A stretch of 64,000 bases of DNA from Eubacterium sp. (GTDB taxonomy: Bacteria > Bacillota > Clostridia > Lachnospirales > Lachnospiraceae), in assembly GCA_022794015.1 (NCBI GenBank), contig JAAWDZ010000025.1:1249-65248 (forward strand). The letters run 5' to 3'. The notes beneath the pieces were generated by a model, which did no database searches, was not told the origin of the DNA, and saw only the letters and a program-made list of their open reading frames with translations. Positions 9,302-18,199 of this stretch are shown here, piece after piece. The position numbers were made by a program, and so were the translations under genes. Each line of letters opens with the position of its first letter. The stretch's first letter is position 1.

Positions 9302-11737
9302 ATGGCAACTGGTAGGAAAAAGGCTTCTAAGCGTGCAAAGCCACAGAAACTGGCGTTTGAGAGTGAGGTAATGCTTTGGATTTTGCTGGCAGTGTCTGTC
9401 CTGCTGTTTGTCAGCAATTTTGGAATTGGCGGCAAGGTGGGGAGCTTTGCAAGTGCATTGATTTTCGGGCTGTTTGGGTTAATGGCTTATATTTTTCCGA
9501 TTGTTCTGTTTATCGGGGCATGTTTTCTGATTTCCAATAAACGCAATCATCTGGCGGTTTTTAAATTTGTTGCGGGTATATTGTTGTTTTTGTCGTTTTG
9601 CATGTTTTTACAACTGATTGTACAGGACAAGAACCGGATTACGATTCATATCTTGAAGGAGGCATATACTTATTCATCATCATATAAAAAAGGCGGCGGT
9701 GTACTCGGCGGACTTCTGGTCTGGCTGTGCGTACCAAATTTCGGTACATTCGGGGCATTTGTAATTGCTGTAGTAGTGATGATTATTTCTATGGTTTTGC
9801 TTACGGAACGATCCCTTTTCAGGGGAATGAAGCGCGGCGGGCAGAAGGTGTATAAAACGGCCAGAAAAGAAGCGAGAAATTATCGCGAAAGCCGGCCCAG
9901 ACGACAGCAGGAGCGTAAGGAACGCCGTATGGATAAAAAGGTAAGAGGCGTTTCTGCGGATATTTTGTTAAAAGCAGAGAAGAAACCGGACAGTGACGAG
10001 GTAAACGAGATTACGCCGGAGGATATAACGGACTTACCGGAGGTAAAGAAGAAAAAGAGCGTCCGTGTAAAGCCTGTTGCACAGGGAGATACGATACTTC
10101 CGGAGATTTTTATAGGAGATATCTTAGAGGAGAATACAAAAGAACAGCAAAATGACATGGAACCGGAAAAGACAAAGGAAGAAGCAGGAAACAGCAGCTA
10201 TGAGTATAAAGACGCAAAGTTTCTGGAAGGGCTTCTGTCTGATGTGAGCGCGATGACCGGAATTACAGAGCCTGCGCCATATGTGTTTCCACCGGTTTCT
10301 CTGTTAAAGAAAAGTAAGGTAAAAGCAATCGGAGATTCGAAGGCGTATCTTAGGGCGACGGCGAACAAGCTGCAGCAGACTTTAAAGAATTTCGGAGTGA
10401 ATGTTACGGTTACGAATATCAGCAGCGGGCCTTCGGTTACACGGTATGAAATCCAGCCGGAGATGGGGGTAAAAGTCAGCAAAATTGTAAATCTGACTGA
10501 TGATATTAAGTTAAACCTGGCGGCGGCAGATATTCGTATGGAAGCGCCGATTCCAGGAAAAGCTGCGATTGGAATTGAAATTCCAAATAAAGAAAACGTA
10601 ACGGTTATGTTCCGGGAACTGATTGAATCGGCGGAGTTTGTGCAGAATACTTCAAAAATAGCGTTTGCAGCTGGAAAAGATATAGCGGGGCAGGTAATTG
10701 TAACGGATATTGCCAAAATGCCGCATCTTTTGATTGCAGGGGCGACCGGATCCGGAAAGTCTGTCTGTATCAATACGATTATTATGAGTATTCTCTTTAA
10801 AGCGCATCCGGATGATGTGAAATTGATTATGGTAGATCCCAAGGTTGTGGAACTGAGTGTTTACAACGGGATACCGCATTTGATGATTCCGGTTGTAACG
10901 GATCCGAAGAAAGCGGCCGGCGCATTAAACTGGGCGGTTGCAGAGATGGAAGATCGCTATCAGAAGTTTGCGGAATGTGGGGTCCGCGATTTGAATGGGT
11001 ATAATGCCAGAATTGAGTCGCTTTCTCATATTGAAGGCGATGATGCGCCGCAGAAGCTGCCGCAGATCGTGATTATCGTAGATGAGCTTGCGGATTTGAT
11101 GATGGTGGCGTCTCATGAAGTGGAGACTGCAATTTGCCGCCTGGCACAGCTTGCAAGAGCCGCGGGGCTGCATTTGATTATTGCGACGCAAAGACCGTCT
11201 GTTAATGTCATTACCGGGTTAATCAAGGCAAATATGCCTTCGCGTGTGGCGTTTGCCGTGACGAGCGGCGTGGATTCGCGGACGATTCTGGATATGGTCG
11301 GCGCAGAGAAATTGCTTGGAAAAGGCGATATGCTTTTTTTCCCGCAGAATTTCCAGAAGCCGCTGCGTGTGCAGGGTGCATTTGTATCTGATGATGAAGT
11401 GTCGGACGTCGTGGCGTTTATCAAAAAAGAAAATGGTCTGGGAGAATATAATCCTGCCATACAGGAGCGCATGGAACAGTCTGAAAATATTTCAGCGTCT
11501 GTTTCGGACGGGGCGAAGGCAGATAACGGCAGGGATGTGCTTTTTTATGAGGTTGGCAAATTTTTAATAGAAAGTGAAAAAGGTTCTATCGGTTCCATCC
11601 AGCGCCGGTTTAAAGTAGGATTTAACCGTGCGGCGCGTATTATGGATCAGTTGGCCGAGGCCGGTCTGGTCGGGCCGGAGGAAGGAACAAAGGCAAGGAA
11701 GATACTGATGACACTCGAAGAGTTCGAGCAGCTTTAA
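9302..11737 (+). CDS. ftsK: DNA translocase FtsK/SpoIIIE
   Basis: N-terminal TMs, PHLLIAGATGSGKS, IVDELADLMM, and a gamma domain (IQRRFKVGFNRAARIMDQL). Confidence 0.96.
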   Translation: MATGRKKASKRAKPQKLAFESEVMLWILLAVSVLLFVSNFGIGGKVGSFASALIFGLFGLMAYIFPIVLFIGACFLISNKRNHLAVFKFVAGILLFLSFCMFLQLIVQDKNRITIHILKEAYTYSSSYKKGGGVLGGLLVWLCVPNFGTFGAFVIAVVVMIISMVLLTERSLFRGMKRGGQKVYKTARKEARNYRESRPRRQQERKERRMDKKVRGVSADILLKAEKKPDSDEVNEITPEDITDLPEVKKKKSVRVKPVAQGDTILPEIFIGDILEENTKEQQNDMEPEKTKEEAGNSSYEYKDAKFLEGLLSDVSAMTGITEPAPYVFPPVSLLKKSKVKAIGDSKAYLRATANKLQQTLKNFGVNVTVTNISSGPSVTRYEIQPEMGVKVSKIVNLTDDIKLNLAAADIRMEAPIPGKAAIGIEIPNKENVTVMFRELIESAEFVQNTSKIAFAAGKDIAGQVIVTDIAKMPHLLIAGATGSGKSVCINTIIMSILFKAHPDDVKLIMVDPKVVELSVYNGIPHLMIPVVTDPKKAAGALNWAVAEMEDRYQKFAECGVRDLNGYNARIESLSHIEGDDAPQKLPQIVIIVDELADLMMVASHEVETAICRLAQLARAAGLHLIIATQRPSVNVITGLIKANMPSRVAFAVTSGVDSRTILDMVGAEKLLGKGDMLFFPQNFQKPLRVQGAFVSDDEVSDVVAFIKKENGLGEYNPAIQERMEQSENISASVSDGAKADNGRDVLFYEVGKFLIESEKGSIGSIQRRFKVGFNRAARIMDQLAEAGLVGPEEGTKARKILMTLEEFEQL

Positions 11738-11755
11738 AAACAGGAGGTTTGCGGA

Positions 11756-13426
11756 ATGAAGACGGATATTGAGATTGCACAGGAGGCAAAATTAGAACCC
11801 ATTCGGGAGGTGGCGGCAAAGCTTGCAATCCCGGAAGATGATTTGGAACTGTATGGAAAGTATAAGGCAAAGCTGTCTGATGAGTTACTGCAGCGGACGA
11901 TTGCAAACCAGGACGGGAAGCTGGTGCTTGTCACGGCGATTAACCCTACACCTGCCGGAGAAGGAAAGACAACGACCAGTATTGGCTTAGGGCAGGCGTT
12001 GGGACGACTTGGTAAAAAGGCTGTCCTGGCATTGAGAGAACCGTCTCTTGGCCCCTGCTTTGGCATCAAGGGCGGGGCGGCGGGCGGAGGATATGCCCAG
12101 GTAGTTCCGATGGAGGATTTGAACCTGCACTTTACAGGGGATTTCCACGCGATTACATCCGCCAACAATCTGCTGGCAGCTTTACTGGACAATCACATTC
12201 AGCAGGGCAATAAGCTGCAGATAGACCCGCGGCAGATTGTACAGAAACGCTGTATGGATATGAATGACCGTGTGCTGCGGAATGTTGTAGTGGGATTAGG
12301 CAGCAAAATGGACGGTATGGTGCGGGAGGATCATTTTGTCATTACCGTAGCTTCGGAAATTATGGCGATTCTCTGTCTGGCGGATGATATACAGGATCTG
12401 AAAAAACGGCTTTCTAAAATTATTGTGGCTTATACTTTTGACGGGGAACCGGTAACGGCAGGTGATTTGAACGCGGCGGGGGCTATGACGGCATTGTTAA
12501 AAGACGCCATGAAACCGAATCTGATTCAGACCTTAGAGCATACACCGGCGATTGTCCACGGCGGGCCGTTTGCCAATATTGCCCATGGCTGCAACAGTGT
12601 CCGGGCGACGAAGGCAGGGCTTAAGTTAGCGGATATTGTTGTAACCGAAGCCGGGTTTGGCGCGGATTTGGGCGCGGAAAAGTTTTTCGATATCAAATGC
12701 CGCAAAGCAGGGCTGCACCCGGATTGCGTTGTGCTGGTTGCAACGGTGCGCGCGTTAAAATACAATGGAGGCGTGTCGAAGGCAGATCTTCCCAAAGAAG
12801 ATTTGGAGGCGTTAAAGAGAGGAATTGTAAATCTGGAGAAGCATATTGAAAATCTGCAGAAATACCAGGTGCCCATTGTTGTGACATTAAATTCCTTTGT
12901 GACAGATACGCAGTCAGAGACAGATTTTGTAGAGCAGTTCTGCAAGGAGCGGGGCTGTGAGTTTGCCCGTTCAAGAGTATGGGAACTGGGTGGCGAAGGC
13001 GGTCTTGAACTGGCAGGGAAGGTATTAAAGACTTTGGATGAGAAGGAAAGCCATTTTAAAGTGCTTTATCCGGACGATCTGGAATTAAAGGAGAAGATTG
13101 CATGTATTGCCAGGGAAATTTACGGCGCGGACGGTGTGACGTACGCTCCGGCAGCCGAAAAAGAACTGGCGCGTATTACGAAGCTTGGAATGGGAGATTT
13201 CCCGGTATGTCTGGCGAAGACACAGTATTCCTTATCGGATGATCCCAATAAACTGGGCAGGCCGGAGAGATTTACTGTAAATGTAAGAGAAGTTTATGTT
13301 TCTGCAGGGGCAGGTTTTGTCGTTGTGATTCTGGGTGCAATTATGACGATGCCGGGTCTGCCGAAGGTTCCGGCTGCGAATGGGATTGACGTAGATGAGA
13401 ACGGGCGCATTACGGGGTTATTTTAG
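11756..13426 (+). CDS. fhs: Formate--tetrahydrofolate ligase
   Basis: [42 protein letters not shown]. Confidence 0.98.
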   Translation: MKTDIEIAQEAKLEPIREVAAKLAIPEDDLELYGKYKAKLSDELLQRTIANQDGKLVLVTAINPTPAGEGKTTTSIGLGQALGRLGKKAVLALREPSLGPCFGIKGGAAGGGYAQVVPMEDLNLHFTGDFHAITSANNLLAALLDNHIQQGNKLQIDPRQIVQKRCMDMNDRVLRNVVVGLGSKMDGMVREDHFVITVASEIMAILCLADDIQDLKKRLSKIIVAYTFDGEPVTAGDLNAAGAMTALLKDAMKPNLIQTLEHTPAIVHGGPFANIAHGCNSVRATKAGLKLADIVVTEAGFGADLGAEKFFDIKCRKAGLHPDCVVLVATVRALKYNGGVSKADLPKEDLEALKRGIVNLEKHIENLQKYQVPIVVTLNSFVTDTQSETDFVEQFCKERGCEFARSRVWELGGEGGLELAGKVLKTLDEKESHFKVLYPDDLELKEKIACIAREIYGADGVTYAPAAEKELARITKLGMGDFPVCLAKTQYSLSDDPNKLGRPERFTVNVREVYVSAGAGFVVVILGAIMTMPGLPKVPAANGIDVDENGRITGLF

Positions 13427-13490
13427 GTTGTTATGTGAAAGCGGCAGTGGTAAAAGACCGGATTTTTGGTGAGTAAGGGAGGCAGGTTTT

Positions 13491-13763
13491 ATGATGTATC
13501 TATATATGACGCTGAATGATGATACGGAGATTACACATTCAGAAATGAAACAGGACGGGAGAGTATAGGTTTATATTGAAACGCCGGATGAGCAGGTTTG
13601 TTTTCGCCATGCTACTTGTTGGCTGCCGGAATACAGGTGGGAGGATATTTTTGCGTATTCGGACGTGGAGATGGAATATTTAAAAAAAATGATACGGAAT
13701 AATGCACATCTGATTATAGAGTTTTCGCAAGAAGGGGGTATTATAAATGCCTCAAATTTTTAG
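13491..13763 (+). pseudogene. 90-codon hypothetical gene with an internal TAG (partner of the DUF4160 gene)
   Basis: RBS GGGAGG, then MMYLYMTLNDDTEITHSEMKQDGRV*VYIETPDEQVCFRHATCWLPEYRWEDIFAYS...NAHLIIEFSQEGGIINASNF*. Single in-frame TAG at 13566-13568; absent from the ORF track. Confidence 0.75.
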
Positions 13764-14025
13764 AGTTGGTTCGTATGTAGTTTATTTTTGGTCTAATAAA
13801 AATAATCCTGTGGAACCGATTCATGTGCATGTATCGGAGGGACGGGCATTTGCCAGCTCGACTAAAATCTGGATTACAAATTCGGGAAAAGCTCTTATAT
13901 GTAATAATAATTCCAGAATTCCAGACAAGGTGTTAAAAAATATTATGCGCCAAATTGAGGCGAACAGTGAGATGATCCTTGACAGATGGCGCGAACAGTT
14001 TGGAGAAATCAGATATTATTGTTAG
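13747..14025 (+). CDS. DUF4160-like small protein
   Basis: MPQIFRVGSYVVYFWSN...EPIHVHV...TKIWI pattern; overlaps the upstream gene by 17 nt. Confidence 0.75.
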   Translation: MPQIFRVGSYVVYFWSNKNNPVEPIHVHVSEGRAFASSTKIWITNSGKALICNNNSRIPDKVLKNIMRQIEANSEMILDRWREQFGEIRYYC

Positions 14026-14078
14026 CAGTACAGGATATGAAATGACAAACAGATTAGAAACGAGAATCAGGAGGAACT

Positions 14079-14918
14079 ATGGCTAAAATTATTGATGGAA
14101 AGAAGATTTCAGCTGAAATCAAAGAAGAGTTAAAGGAGCAGGTTGCACAGTTAAAGCTGGCAGGAGTGGAAGGCGCTCTGGCGGTTATTCAGGTGGGGAA
14201 CGATCCGGCGTCCAGCGTATATGTGCGCAATAAGAAAAAAGCATGTGAATATATCGGGATTCATTCAAAGACATTTGAACTGCCAGAGGAAACGACGCAG
14301 AAGGAGCTTTTGGATTTGATTGAAAAGTTGAATGAAGACGAAGCGGTAAACGGCATTCTGGTGCAGCTTCCGGTTCCGGCGCATATTGATGAAAAGACGA
14401 TTATCAATGCAATTTCTCCACTGAAGGATGTGGATGGTTTTCATCCGGAGAGCGTAGGATCTCTTATGATTGGGCAGCCGGGATTTGTGTCGTGTACTCC
14501 GGCAGGGATTATCGAATTGCTGCGGCGTTCAAAGGTGAAAATGGATGGAGCAAACTGTGTGATTGTGGGCAGGAGCAATATTGTAGGTAAGCCGATGGCT
14601 TTTTTGATGCTTCGGGAAAATGCGACGGTTACGGTTACGCATTCCCACACAAAGGATTTAAAGGACATTTGTAAGAATGCCGATATACTGATCGTAGCTA
14701 TCGGCAAAAAGGAATTTATTACAGGAGATTATATCAAACCGGGCGCAGTAGTGATTGATGTCGGCATCCACAGGGATGAGAACAATAAGCTTTCCGGTGA
14801 CGTGAAATATGATGAGGCAGAAGAAATCGCTTCTATGATTACACCGGTTCCGGGCGGCGTCGGCCCGATGACAATCGCCATGTTGATGCACAATTGTGTG
14901 GAAGCGATGGCCAGATAA
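14079..14918 (+). CDS. folD: Methylene-THF dehydrogenase/cyclohydrolase
   Basis: KDVDGFHP, VGRSNIVGKP, TPVPGGVGPMT. Confidence 0.98.
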   Translation: MAKIIDGKKISAEIKEELKEQVAQLKLAGVEGALAVIQVGNDPASSVYVRNKKKACEYIGIHSKTFELPEETTQKELLDLIEKLNEDEAVNGILVQLPVPAHIDEKTIINAISPLKDVDGFHPESVGSLMIGQPGFVSCTPAGIIELLRRSKVKMDGANCVIVGRSNIVGKPMAFLMLRENATVTVTHSHTKDLKDICKNADILIVAIGKKEFITGDYIKPGAVVIDVGIHRDENNKLSGDVKYDEAEEIASMITPVPGGVGPMTIAMLMHNCVEAMAR

Positions 14919-14934
14919 GCAGGAGTAATACGGC

Positions 14935-16053
14935 ATGAAATGTGAAAAATGCGGCAATGAGTTAAAAGCGGGTTATGTATATTGCAGCAAATGCGGGAAT
15001 GCGGTGCAGTTAGTACCGGATTATAACCTGCTTGATGAAGATTTGTTAGGGGATATTATCCAGAATGAAGCAAAGGACAGCAGTGAGGACACTGTATTAA
15101 ATACAGAGCTCATAGAGAAATTGCGAAGGAAAAAAATGCTAATCGGAGGCGCTGTTGCGGCAGCGCTTCTGGTTGCTGTACTGACTTCGTTTTTTTTGTA
15201 TCAGGAAACGGAAAAAAGGCGTGCGGGAAGCTATGATTATCAGTTTGGAAAAGCGCAGGAATATTTAGGAGAGGGCGATTATAACAGGGCCGCTGCATGT
15301 TATCGACAGGCTCTTATATTGCGGGCTCAGGATCCGGCGGCGGCTAAGGGGCTGGCCGGGATATATATGGAACAGGAAGAGGATGAGGAAGCAAAACAGA
15401 CGTTAGAGGAATTGGTAAAAGCCGGTCAGGAAGATACCGAGTCGCTTCAAATGCTGATTGAACTGTATGACAGGAATGGAGAATATGACAAAATTTCTGA
15501 GCTTTGCGATGCAGTGAACGGGAGGGAAATGCCGCTTTTGTTTGGAGATTATCTGGTAGATTTGCCGGAGTTTGGCATTGCGCCGGGGACATACGGACAG
15601 GAGCTTGCCGTTTCCATAATGGCAGGAGAGGATTGTGATATTTTATACACGACGGACGGAGAAAATCCGGCGCTGCATGGAAAGCTTTATGAAAATGAGA
15701 TACGATTGGAGGATGAGGGCACAACTGTATTTTTTGCCGTCGCACGCAACCGGATGGGGATTTGCAGTGAGATAGCCAGGGCTTCTTATACCATTCGCTT
15801 TGAAAAGCTGGATATGCCGTCGGTATTGCCATCCGGCGGAACTTATTATGATGCGCAGCAGATCACGGTATCCGTGCCGGAAGGCTGCAGCGCCTATTAT
15901 ACATGGGACGGCAGCGATCCAACGGAACATTCTGCAAAGTATACAGGTCCGCTTGCTATGCTGCCGGGTAACCAGGTGCTGTCTGTGGTGTCGGTAGATG
16001 AATCAGGGGCAAAAAGCGGAGTATATCGTGTGAATTATGTGTATATGCCATAG
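14935..16053 (+). CDS. Zinc-ribbon/TM/TPR protein with two Fn3-associated (chitobiase C-terminal-like) domains
   Basis: N-terminal CxxC...CxxC, a TM helix, TPR-like helices, and ILYTTDGENP and YYTWDGSDP repeats. Confidence 0.8.
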   Translation: MKCEKCGNELKAGYVYCSKCGNAVQLVPDYNLLDEDLLGDIIQNEAKDSSEDTVLNTELIEKLRRKKMLIGGAVAAALLVAVLTSFFLYQETEKRRAGSYDYQFGKAQEYLGEGDYNRAAACYRQALILRAQDPAAAKGLAGIYMEQEEDEEAKQTLEELVKAGQEDTESLQMLIELYDRNGEYDKISELCDAVNGREMPLLFGDYLVDLPEFGIAPGTYGQELAVSIMAGEDCDILYTTDGENPALHGKLYENEIRLEDEGTTVFFAVARNRMGICSEIARASYTIRFEKLDMPSVLPSGGTYYDAQQITVSVPEGCSAYYTWDGSDPTEHSAKYTGPLAMLPGNQVLSVVSVDESGAKSGVYRVNYVYMP

Positions 16054-16075
16054 ATAGAGGAAGGAGGAGCTTTAG

Positions 16076-17587
16076 ATGGGCATCTGGAAACGGGCATACC
16101 TTTATATCAAGCGTAAAAAAACGCGGAGTATAAAGCTGTTTCTGATATTCTTTCTGACAGGCATACTTCTTCTGACAGGGCTTTCGGTACGCAGAGGGGC
16201 CGCAGAGGAAGCCGGAAAAATCAGAAGCTCCCTGGCTGCGGGACTGACACTGATTTGCAAGCCGATGGATCCTTATAAAATGTTTGATATCAGTACCAAT
16301 GAAAAGGGGGAAACGGTATTTTTGCATAAGCTTCCTCTGGTTACGGAAAATCGGATAGAAGAACTGCTTGCGGTAGATGGCATCAGCGGCTTTTTCAGTG
16401 ATTTGGAAAGTAAAAAAGCGTATACAGAGCATACACTGGTGCCGGGCGTCGACAGTCAGGCGCTTGATATTCTGGAAGGCAGAGCTTCGGAAGAGTATCC
16501 CGGACAACGGGAGCTTTTAGAAGAGTATCAGGAATATTCCAGAATTGGTGCACATATGGTCAGTGTAGTTGGGGTGTATGACAGCCAGTGGCATCCTGCG
16601 TTTGTCAATGGAGCAGTTGAACTTGTAAAGGGACAGCATGTCGGTTTAAAGGATAGAAAAAAAGCTGTCATATCAGATCAGTTGGCAGAGAAAAACGGTT
16701 TTGTCATCGGTGATCATCTGAAAATTCAATGCATAGAAGAAGTGGATTGCGCATGGTATGGAAGTATTTATGAAGCAGAGATTGCAGGGATATTCCATAT
16801 GAATTTTGAGCAGCCGGTAGGAGAATATACAAAAGAGCCGCAGCTTTTAGCAAATGTGATTTTTTGTACTACGGATATGTCAGACTGGTACACACATGAA
16901 GAACAGGTTTATTTTGAGAAAGAAATTACTGCACTGGAATCGGAACATCATCTGGAAACAATGGTTTTATTTGTGGAAGATCCCGCTCTTTTGGATTCTG
17001 TAAAAGAACAGCTGCTTCAAATAGATTCGATTGACTGGGAATATTATGATACCAGGGTTTACGATAAGGATTATCAGACGGCGGCCGCACCGCTTTTGAT
17101 GATGATAAAATTTTCGGATGTGCTGATTGCAGCTGTAATTTTTTTAGCATTTCTATTCCTTTTGAAATGTCTGATGGTATGGACGAGGAGCCGTAAACGG
17201 GAAACAGGTATCCTTTTTTTGAACGGGATAAAAAGGAAAGATATGCTTTTACAGTTCATTTTGGAGTGTTGCTGTATGGCGGCAGCAGCGTTTCCGGCAG
17301 CAGCATTTCTGGCCGGGCCGCTTTCTGGATTTCTGGGGAACGGGCTGTGGACATTGCTGTTTTCGGCAGCCAATACACGGGGATATGAGGTGATTACAGA
17401 TGGATTTGGCTCTGGAATAGAAGTGAATATGCTGCCTGTAAAAGGAGATGCGCTGTCTTATGTTTTAACACCAGAAATGTTGTCAGGGGTGTTTCTGGTA
17501 TTGGTGGGGATGTCAGCGGCGGCGGTATTGGTTTCTTCTAAGGAGATATGGAAGTGGAAGACAACAGAGCTTTTGGAAAGAAGGTGA
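16076..17587 (+). CDS. FtsX/MacB-type ABC transporter permease
   Basis: RAYLYIKRKKTRS N-terminus, large extracellular loop, RKRETGILFLNGIKRKDMLLQFILE motif and C-terminal TMs. Confidence 0.8.
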   Translation: MGIWKRAYLYIKRKKTRSIKLFLIFFLTGILLLTGLSVRRGAAEEAGKIRSSLAAGLTLICKPMDPYKMFDISTNEKGETVFLHKLPLVTENRIEELLAVDGISGFFSDLESKKAYTEHTLVPGVDSQALDILEGRASEEYPGQRELLEEYQEYSRIGAHMVSVVGVYDSQWHPAFVNGAVELVKGQHVGLKDRKKAVISDQLAEKNGFVIGDHLKIQCIEEVDCAWYGSIYEAEIAGIFHMNFEQPVGEYTKEPQLLANVIFCTTDMSDWYTHEEQVYFEKEITALESEHHLETMVLFVEDPALLDSVKEQLLQIDSIDWEYYDTRVYDKDYQTAAAPLLMMIKFSDVLIAAVIFLAFLFLLKCLMVWTRSRKRETGILFLNGIKRKDMLLQFILECCCMAAAAFPAAAFLAGPLSGFLGNGLWTLLFSAANTRGYEVITDGFGSGIEVNMLPVKGDALSYVLTPEMLSGVFLVLVGMSAAAVLVSSKEIWKWKTTELLERR

Positions 17588-17591
17588 GCAT

Positions 17592-18098
17592 ATGACAGAA
17601 GAAAGGGAAATTTATTTTGAAAACAGATATCTTATAGATGATAATATGATCAAAGAGTATGTAAATCAGGCGCTTTTTCGTAGCACAAAGCGGATGGGAG
17701 GCGTAATTTGTTTGCTTTCGATGATGATGTTTGTTCTTTCCTGTTTGGATAAAAACCCGGTTTTTATGGCAGTTTATGCCGTATGCTTTCTGATTCTGGC
17801 GGGCAGTCTGCTGCTGATTGGCCCGGTTGCCGTAAGACAGATTAAGGACAGCGGAATGAAACTTCACAATGGACAGAATTGTGAAACGATTGTACGGTTT
17901 GGAGAGAGCATTACGATGGAAGAGGGCAAATGTGTCTTTACAGTGGAGTATTCCCAGATTGAACGTATTTATTATCTGAAATATGTCTGCGTGCTGATGT
18001 TTGGTAAAAGGAATGGCATTTTACTAAGTCCCACAGGATTTGCAGTGGGAAATTACGAAGAGTTTCAGGAGTTTATTGAGGGTAAGGTAAAAGTATGA
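17592..18098 (+). CDS. YcxB-family membrane protein
   Basis: Two TMs followed by a C-terminal EYSQIERIY...ILLSPTGF..FQEFI domain. Confidence 0.65.
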   Translation: MTEEREIYFENRYLIDDNMIKEYVNQALFRSTKRMGGVICLLSMMMFVLSCLDKNPVFMAVYAVCFLILAGSLLLIGPVAVRQIKDSGMKLHNGQNCETIVRFGESITMEEGKCVFTVEYSQIERIYYLKYVCVLMFGKRNGILLSPTGFAVGNYEEFQEFIEGKVKV

Positions 18099-18104
18099 TA
18101 AAAT
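18076..18104 (+). promoter_or_regulatory. Sigma-A promoter for the transglutaminase-like gene
   Basis: TTGAGG-N17-TAAAAT with an extended TG. Confidence 0.6.
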
Positions 18105-18199
18105 AAAATACTCCTGGAATCTTCTGATATCTGATTCGTCACAAAAACAGGTGTAAGGGAGATTCCGAGAGTACATAGCAAAAAGAGGAGGAATATCAG

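Noticed and set aside
13566-13568. Pyrrolysine or recoded TAG
   Set aside because: TAG is used as a normal stop by many genes here (hsdR, fhs, ruvA, ruvB) and no pyl genes are visible; a point mutation or sequencing error is simpler.
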